A stretch of DNA of 63,242 bases, filler included, from Folioceros fuciformis (lineage: Eukaryota): NCBI GenBank assembly GCA_049999805.1. It is 4 parts of 3 records of this genome, joined end to end, with 100 filler letters (N's around TTAATTAATTAA, not from the genome) between each part and the next. Parts side by side here need not be neighbours in the genome. Positions count along the whole stretch, not along the records: positions 1 to 20,340 come from JBNGIO010005965.1; positions 20,441 to 39,365 come from JBNGIO010005965.1; 2 more parts are not named here. One strand, 5' to 3'. Of the stretch, positions 14,044 to 25,908 are shown piece by piece. A program made the translations under genes and the position numbers. The notes below the pieces were generated by a model. It had not been told where the DNA came from and made no database searches. It saw only the letters and a program-made list of their open reading frames with translations. Position 1 is the first letter of the stretch. Every line of letters starts with the position of its first letter.

Positions 14044-16245
14044 TATTAAGATATATACCCAGCCCTATCTAGATAGGGATTGAGATATGAACAGTTATTA
14101 GATAAATACAGTTATTAGATAACATCTACTGGCTAGGCAGAAACTAACATTGTTGCAGCTTGGCATAAGAAAGATAAGAAGGCCAGAAACATCATCCTTT
14201 CAGCTCTCTATAGGAATATGATGCAACATACTCAAGGGCAATCAACGACACATGCAATATGGAAAGTCTTTCAAGACATGTTTGCAGCTAATGATTCCCA
14301 TGTCCCTTATAAATTGAACATGCATTTTCTATACACTTCGAATGAAGGAAAATGAAATTGTCGAACATCACATACACCGATTTCGCACCTTGCAAGCCAG
14401 GTTAGCAGCTGCTGGAGAGACCCTAACAGAATTGAAAGCAGCTACAATACTTTTAACCTCATTACCTTCAAGCTACCGGACATTTGTTAGCTCACAAGCA
14501 ACCTTACTTCGACAAGCGGGAGCAAACATTACCTTGTCTAAAGTAGTTGGAGCACTATTAGAAGAGGAATCCAGCAGAATAGGGACTGGAAGATCTTTTT
14601 CATCTAACCAGCAACATGTTTTGTACACTGCTTGTGGAACCCTACAGCTGGATCTGTCACACTACACCAAGAACATTTCATTCGTAAGATTTTAACCAAG
14701 TTTAATTTACAAGACATCAATCCTGTTGCCACCCCAGTTGCAACTGGCGTGAAATTATCACTTGAAGACTGTCCAGTTACTGATGTGGACAAGGCATAGA
14801 TGGCAGCTATCCCTTATCGAGAAGTCGTGGGTAGTTTACTCTACCTAGCCGGATGGACTAGGCCCGACATATCACAAGCTACAGGCGTTGTTTCTTGTTT
14901 CCTGTCAAATCCTGGAAAACGCCATTGGGTGGCTGTTAAACGAATCTTACGCTACTTGAAGGGCACTAGACACCATTGTCTCACATATACCAAGGAAAGT
15001 GATTTCACCCTTACCTGTTTTCAGATGCTGATTGGGTTGGCGATGTTGACAACAGGAAATTGATAGCAGCATACTGTACACTCTTATGTGGGTTAGCAAT
15101 CAGTTAGCAAAGCAAAAAGCTCTCCACAATCAGTCTCTCTTCAACGGAGGCAGAATACAGTGCACTTTCCCTCGCAGCAAGAGAAATAACTTGGATTAGG
15201 TAGTTCCTAGAAGGTATCCACATGCAGCAGACCATGCCAACTACTTTGCAGTGTGATAACCAATCAGCCATAGACCTCTTAGCGAATCCTATCTTCCATG
15301 CACGCTCAAACATATCGAAATACAGTTCCATTATATTCGACAAGCAGTCGAGCAGAAGGTGATACAGCTGGCCTATGTGCCCACAGCACAGAATGTGGCA
15401 GACCTGCTTACTAAAGGCCTGTCCAAGATGTTGCATGAATAGCACAGGTTTTTGCTGGGTCTGCATGAGGACAAGCCCAAGCAGTGACATCAACAACAAA
15501 GTTCTTAGGTTACCTTGCTTAGCGTTAGTACAACCAATGAGCCTACACCGCTTATGCCACCAGCAATCCATCACCTCATCTACAGAGCACAACTCGTTTA
15601 GTTAAGAACCTCACATCACCCGTGCAGCTATACCTGGATGAAGCATCACTAGACAGCAAATCAGGTTAGCAGCAAGTCACTGACACGTACCTTTTTAGGC
15701 AGTAGCTGGGTGCACTCAGCTCTGAAGGCGAGAAGGAACTCCACATCTGTCATGGATGTTCTGTCATGGAATTCAGGCAGTTCCCTTTTTCCCTGGCTGT
15801 AGCGCGCGCACCTCTCCCCTCACCTGGGTGCTCTCTAGTTTTCACTGATCTGTCACAGTTGGGTGTGTTATGCGCCAAGTTTTTGGAGGTGTCAGGATTA
15901 GGGGAGCAGGTATAACAGCGAGGATAAGCTCAAATACGTGGACAACAAGCTCCAGGTCTGAGCTCCAGGCCATCGCTCGTCTAGATCAGGCACAGCTGTG
16001 AGACTGTGAGTGGACGGGGTTGATTGCTCAACGTCTCTCCGCTCAAATCCACTAGCTTGGATAGCTCACACTTGGCGTTTTACATTTTCTATTCATATGG
16101 TTCTATTTAGCATTACTCAATATTACCGAGTTAGGTCTGAGAGGGGGTATTAAGATATATTTGTTTAAATATATTTACAGCCCTAACTAGATAGGGATTG
16201 AGATATGAACAGTTATTAGATAAATACTTTTAGGGTTCTTCCACA
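14044..16245 (+). mobile_element. Internally deleted Ty1/copia element (copia-A)
   Basis: Matching short LTR-like repeats start TATTAAGATATAT at 14044 and 16148 and share AGATAGGGATTGAGATATGAACAGTTATTAGATAAATAC. PPT GAGAGGGGG precedes 16148. Gag (MKENEIVEHHIHRF..LLTSLPSSY) runs straight into late RT (PYREVVGSLLYL..TRPDI) and RNase H (SLSSTEAEY, ADLLTK). Right end approximate. Confidence 0.85.
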
Positions 16246-17137
16246 CCAAAAACAGTTACAACACTCTTTTGTTTATAAGACACTTTCTTGACTATAAGGC
16301 ATATACTCTTCATGCATTGTTGTCTCCTCTCAACTTGTGTCTGATCGTGTGCAGGTAGATTTGTTTTATGACCCATCATTGCACTGAGGCGCTGGCCAAC
16401 CGGCGCTCATCAGGTACACGACCGGCAGGGTGTGCTTGCTTTTCACACCGTGTAAAATAGCAAAACACCAATCTACATGCAGGTGAGTTTAGGGTTTTGA
16501 CCTCCAACATAACCTATTCAACCCTTGGGGTTGGAAAATGAGGTTTGAGAGAAAAGGTCAGAATCAAATCAGTGAATGAAATCAAATCAATGAAAGAATT
16601 GGAGGGCAAACCACTGGGTTCAAGAAAGCAATCGAATAGGGTAACACCTTTGAGATGAGTGATAACCTTTGGATACTCTTCGTGTTTTGTACCAACTCGC
16701 ATTGTGGACTCTAGAAAACAGCATGTGAATTAAATCAGGTTTGTCCACAAAAATTGACAAATATTGGATTGAACTGGAGTAGATCAATTGCTATATTAAA
16801 CAATTACATTATTGATAAAAGAATATTACAATAAGAGCACTTGTCAAAGGAGGCTAACTGAACTTAAGTTATTATGAACAGACATAACCTTTCACTAAGG
16901 ACATGACTCTTAATGAAGGGGTATTAAAAATGATAATCATAATAACTCTGTACACACATACTATACATGCTAATATTACTGAACCCTAATAAATCAGCAC
17001 CTATTCTCATCACTCCCACTTGCTGATTATTATGGGTTGGTCAGTCTTCTCCTTTGCGAGTAGCTTGTGGAGACTATGAGTTCAGCTAGGCTTCTTGCTT
17101 GAGCGTGTGTGTTTACTCTGTGTGGCGTAAGCTTCCA

Positions 17138-18471
17138 ATGGAGCAGGACAGTGTGAAGTCAACTCTGTACAGGTTTGCTGCTTTAGTAGCTCTTGTTTAT
17201 GCCCCATGCCATATAGCGGCTAGGCTCATAGGGCATAGGCTCAACTCTTCAAAAAACATGGCGTCTTCAGGGTCTGAGGAAAGCACATCTCCTACAAAGC
17301 GGCGCATCTACCAACGGGATCAACTAGGGCGCTTCGCAGCAGCAACAGCTAGAGCAACTGCCTTTGTGGAAAGCGCAGCACATCAACCTGCACAAACAGC
17401 GAGACAGAGTACAAGAAGAGCAAGCAGCTCAGGGCAACCCCAAGGGAGACCCTGAGGCACCACCAGGGCTGTGCTTCAAGCAAGACGATAGGAACCTGCA
17501 TTAGGGACAACGACAGTGGCGGCGGCTGCGTCTTCTCATCATTCCCACTTGACTTCACGCATCAGGACTAGTCAGCCTACAACGACTGCCCCTCAACCTC
17601 GATCCCGCACAACACCGACTACTGCCATGGGAGGTCTGAGGGGCATGTCACGTGAAGACATCCATTCTCGAGCAACAGTAGAATGGCGCCGCTTCAATCG
17701 TGGTGAGTTTGAGTATGCTACTTCTGATCAACGCCCTCATGTTCCGCCCAGGTTCCCAATTCCTGCAAATGTGATGTCAGAAACAAGAATTGTAACCCCT
17801 AGCAATTGGGAGAAGCCCGGAAGTCCTCTCTGGTACAGGTGCACATCTACTGGACTAGTGATGAAACACATTGAGCTACAGCTATGCTGGGAATACAAAG
17901 ATCACATCATAAGTGTCTATAGTAAGTCTTCACACCAACTTACGTCTATTCCTCTGTACTTAAAACAGTTAGTATAGGCAATGTCTTCACACCAACTTAC
18001 GTCTATTCTTCTGTACTTAAAACAGTTAGTATAGGCAATCTGATTGTTTCCTTTGTGTTTGACCTGGAAAGGTCTTAACTCCTTGTTGACCTGTGTCAAT
18101 TGTCTGTGAATCATACTCCCATTGTCTACCAAATAGGATCTGAAGATAGATTGGAAGAAGAGAACAGCCTCGACATAAAGGAGAGAATTTCTTATTAGGA
18201 GAGGAGGAAAAGGTTTTCTCCTCGCAATGAAGATGAAACTTTCTCTTCAAAGTCTGTGGACCGTGACTCCTGGGATAAATATGATGATTCAACAAGCTCT
18301 GAGAGCAAGAGATCTTTCCAATCTCCACCAGGAAATTCAGGCAATGATGACAGTAATGACTGGGGTTGTAACTCGCTTGGTTGGCTAGGTCTTAGACATG
18401 GTAGTGGGGCTGCCTTCATGGCTCCCCATGCCAAGAACTTTCATGTGCTTTTCGTGAAGTTCCCTTCCTAG
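17138..18471 (+). pseudogene. Antisense accessory gene of copia-B (spliced, 3 in-frame stops)
   Basis: One frame from 17138 to 17921 with stops at 17453 and 17489. Intron 17922-18136 (GTAAGT...AATAG). Exon 2 reads RSEDRLEEE with a stop at 18196 and then continues in frame. Homologous to the ORFs at 24390 and 62109. Confidence 0.8.
17926..18039 (+). repeat. 57-bp tandem duplication inside the predicted intron
   Basis: GTCTTCACACCAACTTACGTCTATTC...TAGTATAGGCAAT occurs twice with 1 mismatch. Confidence 0.95.
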
Positions 18472-19690
18472 GGACTTAGTTAAAATGTCTGCTGGGTTTT
18501 CAGCTGTTGGCACATACTCCAGATCAATCTATCCAGATTTGATCAAGTCACTTATGAAGTGGTATTCAACTTCCACATGTTTGGTTCTAGAGTGAAACAC
18601 TGGATTGTGAGCAAGACTCATTGATCCTTGATTGTCTATTTTTATTGTGCTGCAGGTTGGAAGTGGTAATCCAAGCTCCTTGAACATCAACTTACACCAA
18701 GCAATTTCCTTTGCAGCAGCTGTAAGTGCATGATACTCAGCCTCTGTACTTGATAAAGCCACAGTAGGCTGTTTCTTACTAGACCAGCAGATTGGTCCTC
18801 CAGCTATCCTTACTACATAGCCGAAAACTAACTTTCGTGTATCTATGTCCCCAGCATAATCTGAGTCTGTGAAGACATCTAGTTGCAGAGGTACTCCAGG
18901 TATATTTCTATTCCTTATGCTAATGTTATGAGTGCCTTTTAGATATCTGAAAACTCTTTTAACACATGTCCAGTGTGTTTGGCCTGGATTTTCCAGATAC
19001 TGGGAAAGCACACTCGTAGCATAAGCTACTTCTGGTCTTGTAGTATTTGCAGCATACATAAGTTTTCGTACAGCTTGTCTGTAGGGTACTGATCTCATTT
19101 GATCCTGTTGTGTTTGTGTGTCAAGATACATTGACTTGCTCATTTTCCGTCCACAAGGTAAAGGAGTAGCTGATGGTTTGGCATCCTTCAAACCAAGTTG
19201 TTCAGCATTATTTAATAGGTATAGTGGTTGTGTTAAAGTAATAGTCCTTTTTGGCCTGTCATGCTGAATCAATATACCAAGGCAACTTTGTAGAGCACCT
19301 AGGTGTCTCATCTCAAACTTAGTTGATAACACCTTGTTTATGTCTTTGATGAAAGTAGGACTGTTAAAGGCCAATATGAGATCATCTACATATATAGCCA
19401 GGTAACATACTACAACTTTAGATCTGCAAACATATAAGCTTCCATCTGAGACACATTTAACAAAACCTAGGGATCGCAGTTCTTCATCAAAAACAGCATT
19501 CCACTCAAGGGCAAATTGTTTCAACCCGTACAGGGTTTAATCAGGTGTAAGACATAGTCTTCTTTTCCTTTCACCTCCTGCCCAGGTCGTTGTTGCATGT
19601 AAATTTCAATGTCCAGTTTTCCATGTAAGAAAGCTATCTTTACATCAAACATATCTAACTCATAATCGTAGTGTGCTGCAAGTATAGGGT

Positions 19691-20340
19691 TATTATTAAA
19701 GCCCAATGTGTTTAGTCTAAGATTAGTGTTTAGTTAAGTATCATTAGTTTAGATTAGCTTAAGCTAATCTGTAGGAAGCTTCTTGCGCAGCTTCCTGTGC
19801 GCTTCTTGTGAAGCTTTCTAGGGAGCTCTTCTAGAGGGTATAAATACCCTCTTGAGCTCCGTTGCAATGTGAGAGTGTGACCTCTCTTTCTCCTCTCCTC
19901 CTTGTATCCTCCTCTCCTCCTTCACCATGTAGCTCCTAGAGCGATCCTACAAGTGGTATCAGAGCCAAGGTTGTGGAGCTTGGATTATGGAGCAAGGGTG
20001 ATGTCCGTGGTGCTGCGAACAAAGTGGCTAAGAGGGAGACATTGGAGTGCCCGTCTGCGACATCCCGAGTGCAGAGGTCTTCAACCCCATGCTGCGAGGC
20101 GGTAAGACAGCCACAGGCGCCAGGCCCCTGGAGTGGGGCACAAGAGGCGAGGGCGCCCGGGCATAGGTGCCCAGGGTGCCGCAAGGCGCAGAGGCGCCAA
20201 AGCAGCGTGGTCGCCAGGCCGCAGGCGCCAGCGCCCTACTGGCTGCCAGCCTAGGCCTAGCGGGCAGGGGGCTTCAGGCCCCAGTGGGGCCGCCAGGCCC
20301 GCAAGCCGGGGGTGCCCGGCCCGCCCAGGCGCCTAGACCC
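19691..20340 (+). mobile_element. 5' LTR, tRNA-Met PBS and leader of an LTR element inserted in the copia-B RT
   Basis: TATAAATA at ~19839, LTR end ...CCTACA at 19951, PBS TGGTATCAGAGC at 19954-19965. Truncated by the linker at 20341. Confidence 0.8.
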
Positions 20341-20440
20341 NNNNNNNNNNNNNNNNNNNNNNNNNNNNNNNNNNNNNNNNNNNNTTAATTAATTAANNNN
20401 NNNNNNNNNNNNNNNNNNNNNNNNNNNNNNNNNNNNNNNN
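20341..20440. other. Artificial contig linker N44-TTAATTAATTAA-N44
   Basis: Six-frame stop oligomer centred in a 100-nt N spacer; identical at 39366 and 61802. Confidence 0.95.
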
Positions 20441-23400
20441 AAAATGGGAGTCCCGAAAGTTTTTTTCCTCTACAGTAGCCCAGGGAAATTGAGCACATAC
20501 CATCACAGATTGTGCATCTCTTAAAGAGGCCTTGAAGAAGCAGTTCCAACCTGCAAATGCTTCGCGTTTGAGCTGGCAACTGCTTGATAATATAAAGCAG
20601 AAAAGTATGTGGGATAAGTACCATTACCAGATATTTGCCATGCTCTACCTTTAGTGAAGCTGTTATGCATTGTACTTCAATGAGTGAAGTTGACAAACTA
20701 CATCGCTTCATGGTTGGTTAGAAGAAATGGGCTGCTAACAGAATTGAGTTATATAGTCCAATGACCTTGGCAGAGGCCATAATAGCAGCAGATGCTATCC
20801 CAAATACCTTTCATTCTACCACATCCAACTCCTCACGAAGATTTCGAGGTAATACCTGTGGACGGTATATGCAGACTCGGGTTTCTTCTAACAGTGGTGG
20901 CACAGGAACTCCCAACGATAATGAAAGAAGTACAGTTGCAAGAGGCAACTCAAGTGGGAGCTTGTGTGGGAGAAATCGAAGAATGCGTAGGGTGCGCGGA
21001 GCTCAGAGAACTGTGACAATGGGTTCTCGGAAAGGAGTTTTTTTTTCTTGTGGAGAGCCAGGACATTATGCGAATGAATGCCCCAATGCTCAACAAAATT
21101 TGAACGTTGTTCAAGACAACCCACAACCCCAAAGACTCAGGATTACAGAAGTATCCGGATTTGACAATCCCAAGTGACGGGATTGGCCACATGTTGCACA
21201 GGCTACATGTGGTGAGTCTCAAGATGCTGAGGACAGCATTATTCATAGGGCGGGTGGAGAGCTCATGTATATAGAAGGATGTGTGAATCGTGAAGAAGCA
21301 AAGATGTTGCTTGATCTAGCAGCAACACTTAATTTCATTTCTCCTGGCAGAGCAAGTAAGCTTGGTTTGACATTGGTTAGTACTTTAGAGCCATGTACAG
21401 TGAAACAAGCAAAAGGAAAGCTGCAGTTCTTAGGACAGCTGCAAAAAGTGCCTTCGCAGATAGGCAATTGGACAGGAGAAGCAAGCTTCACAATTGTAGA
21501 TATGGATGATCATGAAATCATCTTGGGCTTAGAATGGATGAAGGCCAATAAGGTATGTGTAGACGTGGACTCACACACCATACAAATCTTAGGAGATGAA
21601 AAGCACAAAGTGAGTTGTGCATTTCTTGAGCATCAGCTTGGACACAAGATTGATGAAGTCATCTCTAAGAAAGCTCAAGCGTTGTGTTAGGAATGAAGAG
21701 GAACTTTATATTTTGGTGTTGCAAGGACTAGAAGATGGTCTTGAGATGGAGTCTCAAAAGCAACCAAAGATTCCAAAGGAGATACAAGCTCTCTTATACA
21801 AGTTTAAAGACTTGATGCCTACTGCGTTACCTCCTTTACCTCAGAGGAGAGTTGTAGATCATGAGATTGATCTAAAGCCAAGAAGTGTACCGCCTTCAAG
21901 AGCGCCATACAAATTGTTTCTAGATGAGCTTCAAGAGTTGAAGAGACAAATGTCTAACTTGTTAGCCAAGGGCTATGTTAGAGTCTCGAAATTCCCATTT
22001 GGTGAGTCAGTATTGTTTACGCGTGAGAAGAATGGAGGATTAAGGTTATGCTTGGATTACAGAGCACTCAACCAAATAACAATCAAGAATTCCTATCCAT
22101 TGCCAAGGATGGATGATATGTTTGACAGGTTGAAAGGTGCTAAGTATTTTGCCACACTAGATTTGATGGCTGGTTATTACCAAATTCACATTGCAGAACA
22201 ACATGAATACAAAACTGCTTGTAGGACAAGGTATGGATCTTTTGAATTTCTTGTCATGCCATTTGGACTCACTAACGCACCAGTCACATTTCAGACTCTC
22301 ATAAATACTATATTCAGAGATTTTTTGGATGAGTGTGTTGTGATCTACTTGGATGACATTTTGATATACAGTTCTACTTTAGAGGAGCATGTCCAACACT
22401 TGAGGAAAGTGTTGGAAAGGTTAAGGGCAAATTCCTTGTTCTTAGCTATAACAAAGTGTGACTTTGTTAAGGAAGAGATAGACTTCATTGGATTCATTGT
22501 CTCTGTTGATGCAATCAGAATGGATCCTGATAAGGTAAAAGCTATACAGAGTTGGCTACCGCCAAGCAATGTGCATGAAGTGCCTATGTTTTTGGGATTA
22601 GCTAGCGTGTACAGAAGATTTGTACCGATGTTTGCCAAAATTGCTACCCCATTAACTGATCTCTTGAAGAAGGCAAAGGCTTGGAAGTGGGATGAAAAAT
22701 GTCAAAGGACATTCGAGTTTCTCAAGTTGAAACTCAGCACTACCCCAGTATTAGCAATCTATGATCCAAAGAAAGATATAAAAGTGTATACTGATGCGTC
22801 AGATATAGCTATTGGAGGAGTGCTTATGCAAGAAGGTAGGCCAACAGCTTACGAATCAAGAAAGTTGCATGAACATGAGAGGAAATACCCCACATATGAG
22901 CAAGAGATGACAACCTCAAGATTGTCTCAAGATTTGGAGACACTATCTTCTTGGAAGATCTTTTGTGCTGTACACAGATAATGTAAGTACAAGCTTCTTT
23001 TCTAATCAGCTGCGACTTAATGTAAGACAAGCTAGATGGCAAGATTTCCTAGTGATGTATGATATGGAGATTAAGTATAAGCTAGGGAAGGAGAATCTCG
23101 TGGCAGATGTTCTCAGTCGCAAGCAGGAGTTGAGGTTAATATCTGTTTTTAAGCTAAAGAATCCTAAGCTAGCTGCAACACAGATGGTGATTGAGCCAAG
23201 GGACACTCACACGCAAATTAAGGAGGCTTATCTGCGTGATCCATTAGTGCAAGATTGGATCAATTAAATGGAGCAACCAGGGTCTAAGTTTAAGCTTAGA
23301 AATGGCTTGTTAATGTCCAAGCAAAACAGGATTGTGATTCCTGATTCTCAAGAGTTGAGAAGAAAATTGCTTGCAGAATGTCACAATGTGCCAAGTGCTG

Positions 23401-23921
23401 GTCATCGGGGAATTGACACAACTTATGAGAAGTTGAAGAAGCTGTTTTACTGGCCTGGAATGTACAACCATACTGTAGAGTATGTGAAGTCTTGTGTAGA
23501 CTGTCAGCTGGATAAGGTAGAGCAGACAAATCCACGAGGTTTGTTGCAACCCCTGCCTCTTCCAAGTGGGCCTTGGAAGAGTATATCAATGGATTTTGTT
23601 ATGTCGTTGCCACCCAGTAATGGATACACAGCTATCATGACAGTTGTTGATAGGTTCAGCAAGCAAGCACACTTTATCCCTACGAAGAAGCAAGTGAAGG
23701 CTTCAAAAGTTGCTCAATTGTTTAAGAAGCATATCTATGTGTTACATGGATTACCTATGCAAATTGTGAGTGATAGAGATCCCATATTCCCAGCGGAATT
23801 TTGGCAATAGCTTATGAAGAGCTTGGGAGTGCAACTATGTTTAAGCACAACATATCACCTTGATACAGATGGATCTACATAAAGGGTAAACATAATCCAA
23901 GAGGAATACTTACGACATATG

Positions 23922-24189
23922 TGATGGAAATCATGGGCTAAGCTCTTGAGAAGGAGATTCTTATATGACAATTGATTTAACACAAAATACAAAGTCTATT
24001 TATAGGCAAGGTGGTTAGGAGGTTAGGTGGTTACAACCATAAGTTGTTGTAACCATCAGGTAGTTATAACTACCCTAACCTCTAACTACCTAGAGCAATT
24101 AACCAATAACTACTTAATGCCCAGGTAAATAATAATGTTTAAGTTAGATACCCTAGTGAATAGTGCCCTAACCCTAATATATTTCATTA
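23922..24189 (-). repeat. 3' LTR of copia-C
   Basis: Direct repeat of 31430-31698; reads TAATG...ATCA on the minus strand. Confidence 0.95.
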
Positions 24190-24389
24190 CTCCCACTCAC
24201 TATGAACGTAGGTGAGAGAACTACCTTTAAAATGAGGCCTAAAATGTCAATAGACTCCCACTAAATAACAAGCTATCAGCCTAAGAAAAATAATAAAAAA
24301 CTTAAGCTATGAAAAGGAAGATGGAAATAAGTTTAAGAGCCTAAATAAGTTTTCAAGCCAACTTAAACTAATCAAAAAAAGTTTTTTTA

Positions 24390-25859
24390 ATGAAAATACG
24401 GCTTGGTACAGGGTACGCCCCGTCCACGTTCGTATCGTGGGGGGTACTCTCGGCAGTTATTGCAGCACCGGTCTTCTTCCGTAAAATGCGGAGGCCGAGG
24501 ACGGGACCTCCAAGTTGCTGCAGGATGGTAGGCCGCGACGCAAGGAGCACACACGCGCAGCGCCGTGCCATGGGAGTGCGCCAGAAGGCGCGCCCGCATC
24601 ATGCGAGCGCCCAGCGCCGCGACGCACGCGGTAAGTTTGCCGCGGGTCAGCGAGCCGGGGCGCTGGTGGATGCGCAATCTGCCCTTCGTAAGCAATCCTT
24701 AGGTGCTCCTGGTGTCGGGGAGCAACAGAAACACAGACGTCTTGCCACCTTCCCGGTGAGTGCTAAAGGTCAGTATCCTGCATCCAGACCAAAATAGCTA
24801 TTAAATCGTGATGCCTGTGTTGCCTTAATCTTGTTCTTCTCCTGTGAAGGTAAACGGGAGTTGAGGGGACATAGCCGATCCTCCACTGCCTCCCGTAGCA
24901 GAAGTGAGGACACTGAGAGAGCAAAACAGCCACCACATCTAGCTTCCTTATTCAAGCCTCCACCGATTGTCTGCATGTCGACGGATTTGGAAGAAATGGA
25001 GGTGTCCAGCCGTGCTGCGCATAAACTTGCAAAATCACCAATTGTTGAGCAGCTTGTTGCAGGGGAGCCTATTGCTAAAGGAAGTCCCTCATGGAGGGCG
25101 CGTGCAGTGCGTCGAGAAGTGTTTCTTCATCCTGAGCATACTGAAAAACTTCAAAGCTGCGCCTCAAGTAAGTAGCTCATGTCTGAAATTTCAGTCTGCA
25201 ACATAAAATTGGACTGACATTTCCTTGTGGTTGATGGGATATGAGGAAATCCTTAAGGAAGTAAGGATTGCGGATGGGAGGAAAGTGGACCAAAATAGGG
25301 AAAAGGAAATAGGAAAAGAAAAAACACGTAAGAGTGTTTAGGAAAACAAAAAAAACTCTTACTATACTATCCTATTTATGTGGTTTGGTTTATTAACCTA
25401 TAACTAAGTTGTATTTCCCTTATTTTAGGCTTAGATAAAAGTATTGGGACTAGAGGTGTAAAGGTGGCAGTCCCGGTGAAGCCTAGCTGTGGAAAAAGGA
25501 ACACATATGAGATCCCGGATTCTCTATTGCCTAGAGCTGATCTAGCCAAAAATGTGTATTTAATATGTCTTGGGGATATGGAAAATGCAGAAACCCCGGA
25601 GGAGTATACATGCCAACAAACAGGCATTCATATGGTGTGGCTAGGTTGTAAGCCATGTGAGGAATATGAGGGGCATACAAAACACATCTATTGTGAGTGC
25701 CCTAAGTGCCACAATTAAATTGCATTTAATTAGTACAAAATCTACTTATATGTACTAGGTTCATTTTGGAAACTCAGCGAGGAAGATAGAGAATACTATG
25801 AGGACTGTGTAGAAATAGAGGGAGAACTTAATGAATTGGACATAATACTTGACCCTTAG
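24390..25859 (+). CDS. Antisense accessory gene of copia-C, predicted 4 exons (24390-24768, 24850-25167, 25429-25692, 25759-25859), ~293-353 aa depending on the ATG
   Basis: Three phase-1 GT-AG introns (AAG|GTCAGT, CAA|GTAAGT, ATT|GTGAGT) join the exons into one stop-free frame. AATAAA at 25893. Motifs RRDARGKFA and YTCQQTGIHM..CEEYEGH..Y|CSFWKLSEE are shared with the other two copies. Confidence 0.75.
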
Positions 25860-25908
25860 GAGATCAAGGCACTTTTTTTTTTTTTAATGCCCAATAAAGT
25901 TTTTCTTC

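Larger units (their letters stand above)
16740..19690 (-). mobile_element. Ty1/copia element, 3' half (copia-B)
   Basis: RT (YVDD, DVKIAFLHG) and RNase H (DSDYAGD, SSTEAEY, ADILTK) at about 18390-19690. PPT AAGTGGGAG at 17013-17021 (minus strand); 3' LTR starts TG at 17012. Left boundary approximate. RT is cut at ~19690 by another LTR. Confidence 0.9.

Noticed and set aside
20385-20396. Recurrent TTAATTAATTAA palindrome (also at 39410 and 61846)
   Set aside because: Always centred in exactly N44/N44, so it is a synthetic six-frame-stop linker. Adjacency across these points is not guaranteed.
25693-25718. CECPKC zinc-finger end of ORF 25464-25718
   Set aside because: Lies after the conserved splice donor and has no counterpart in the other two copies, so it is probably intronic.
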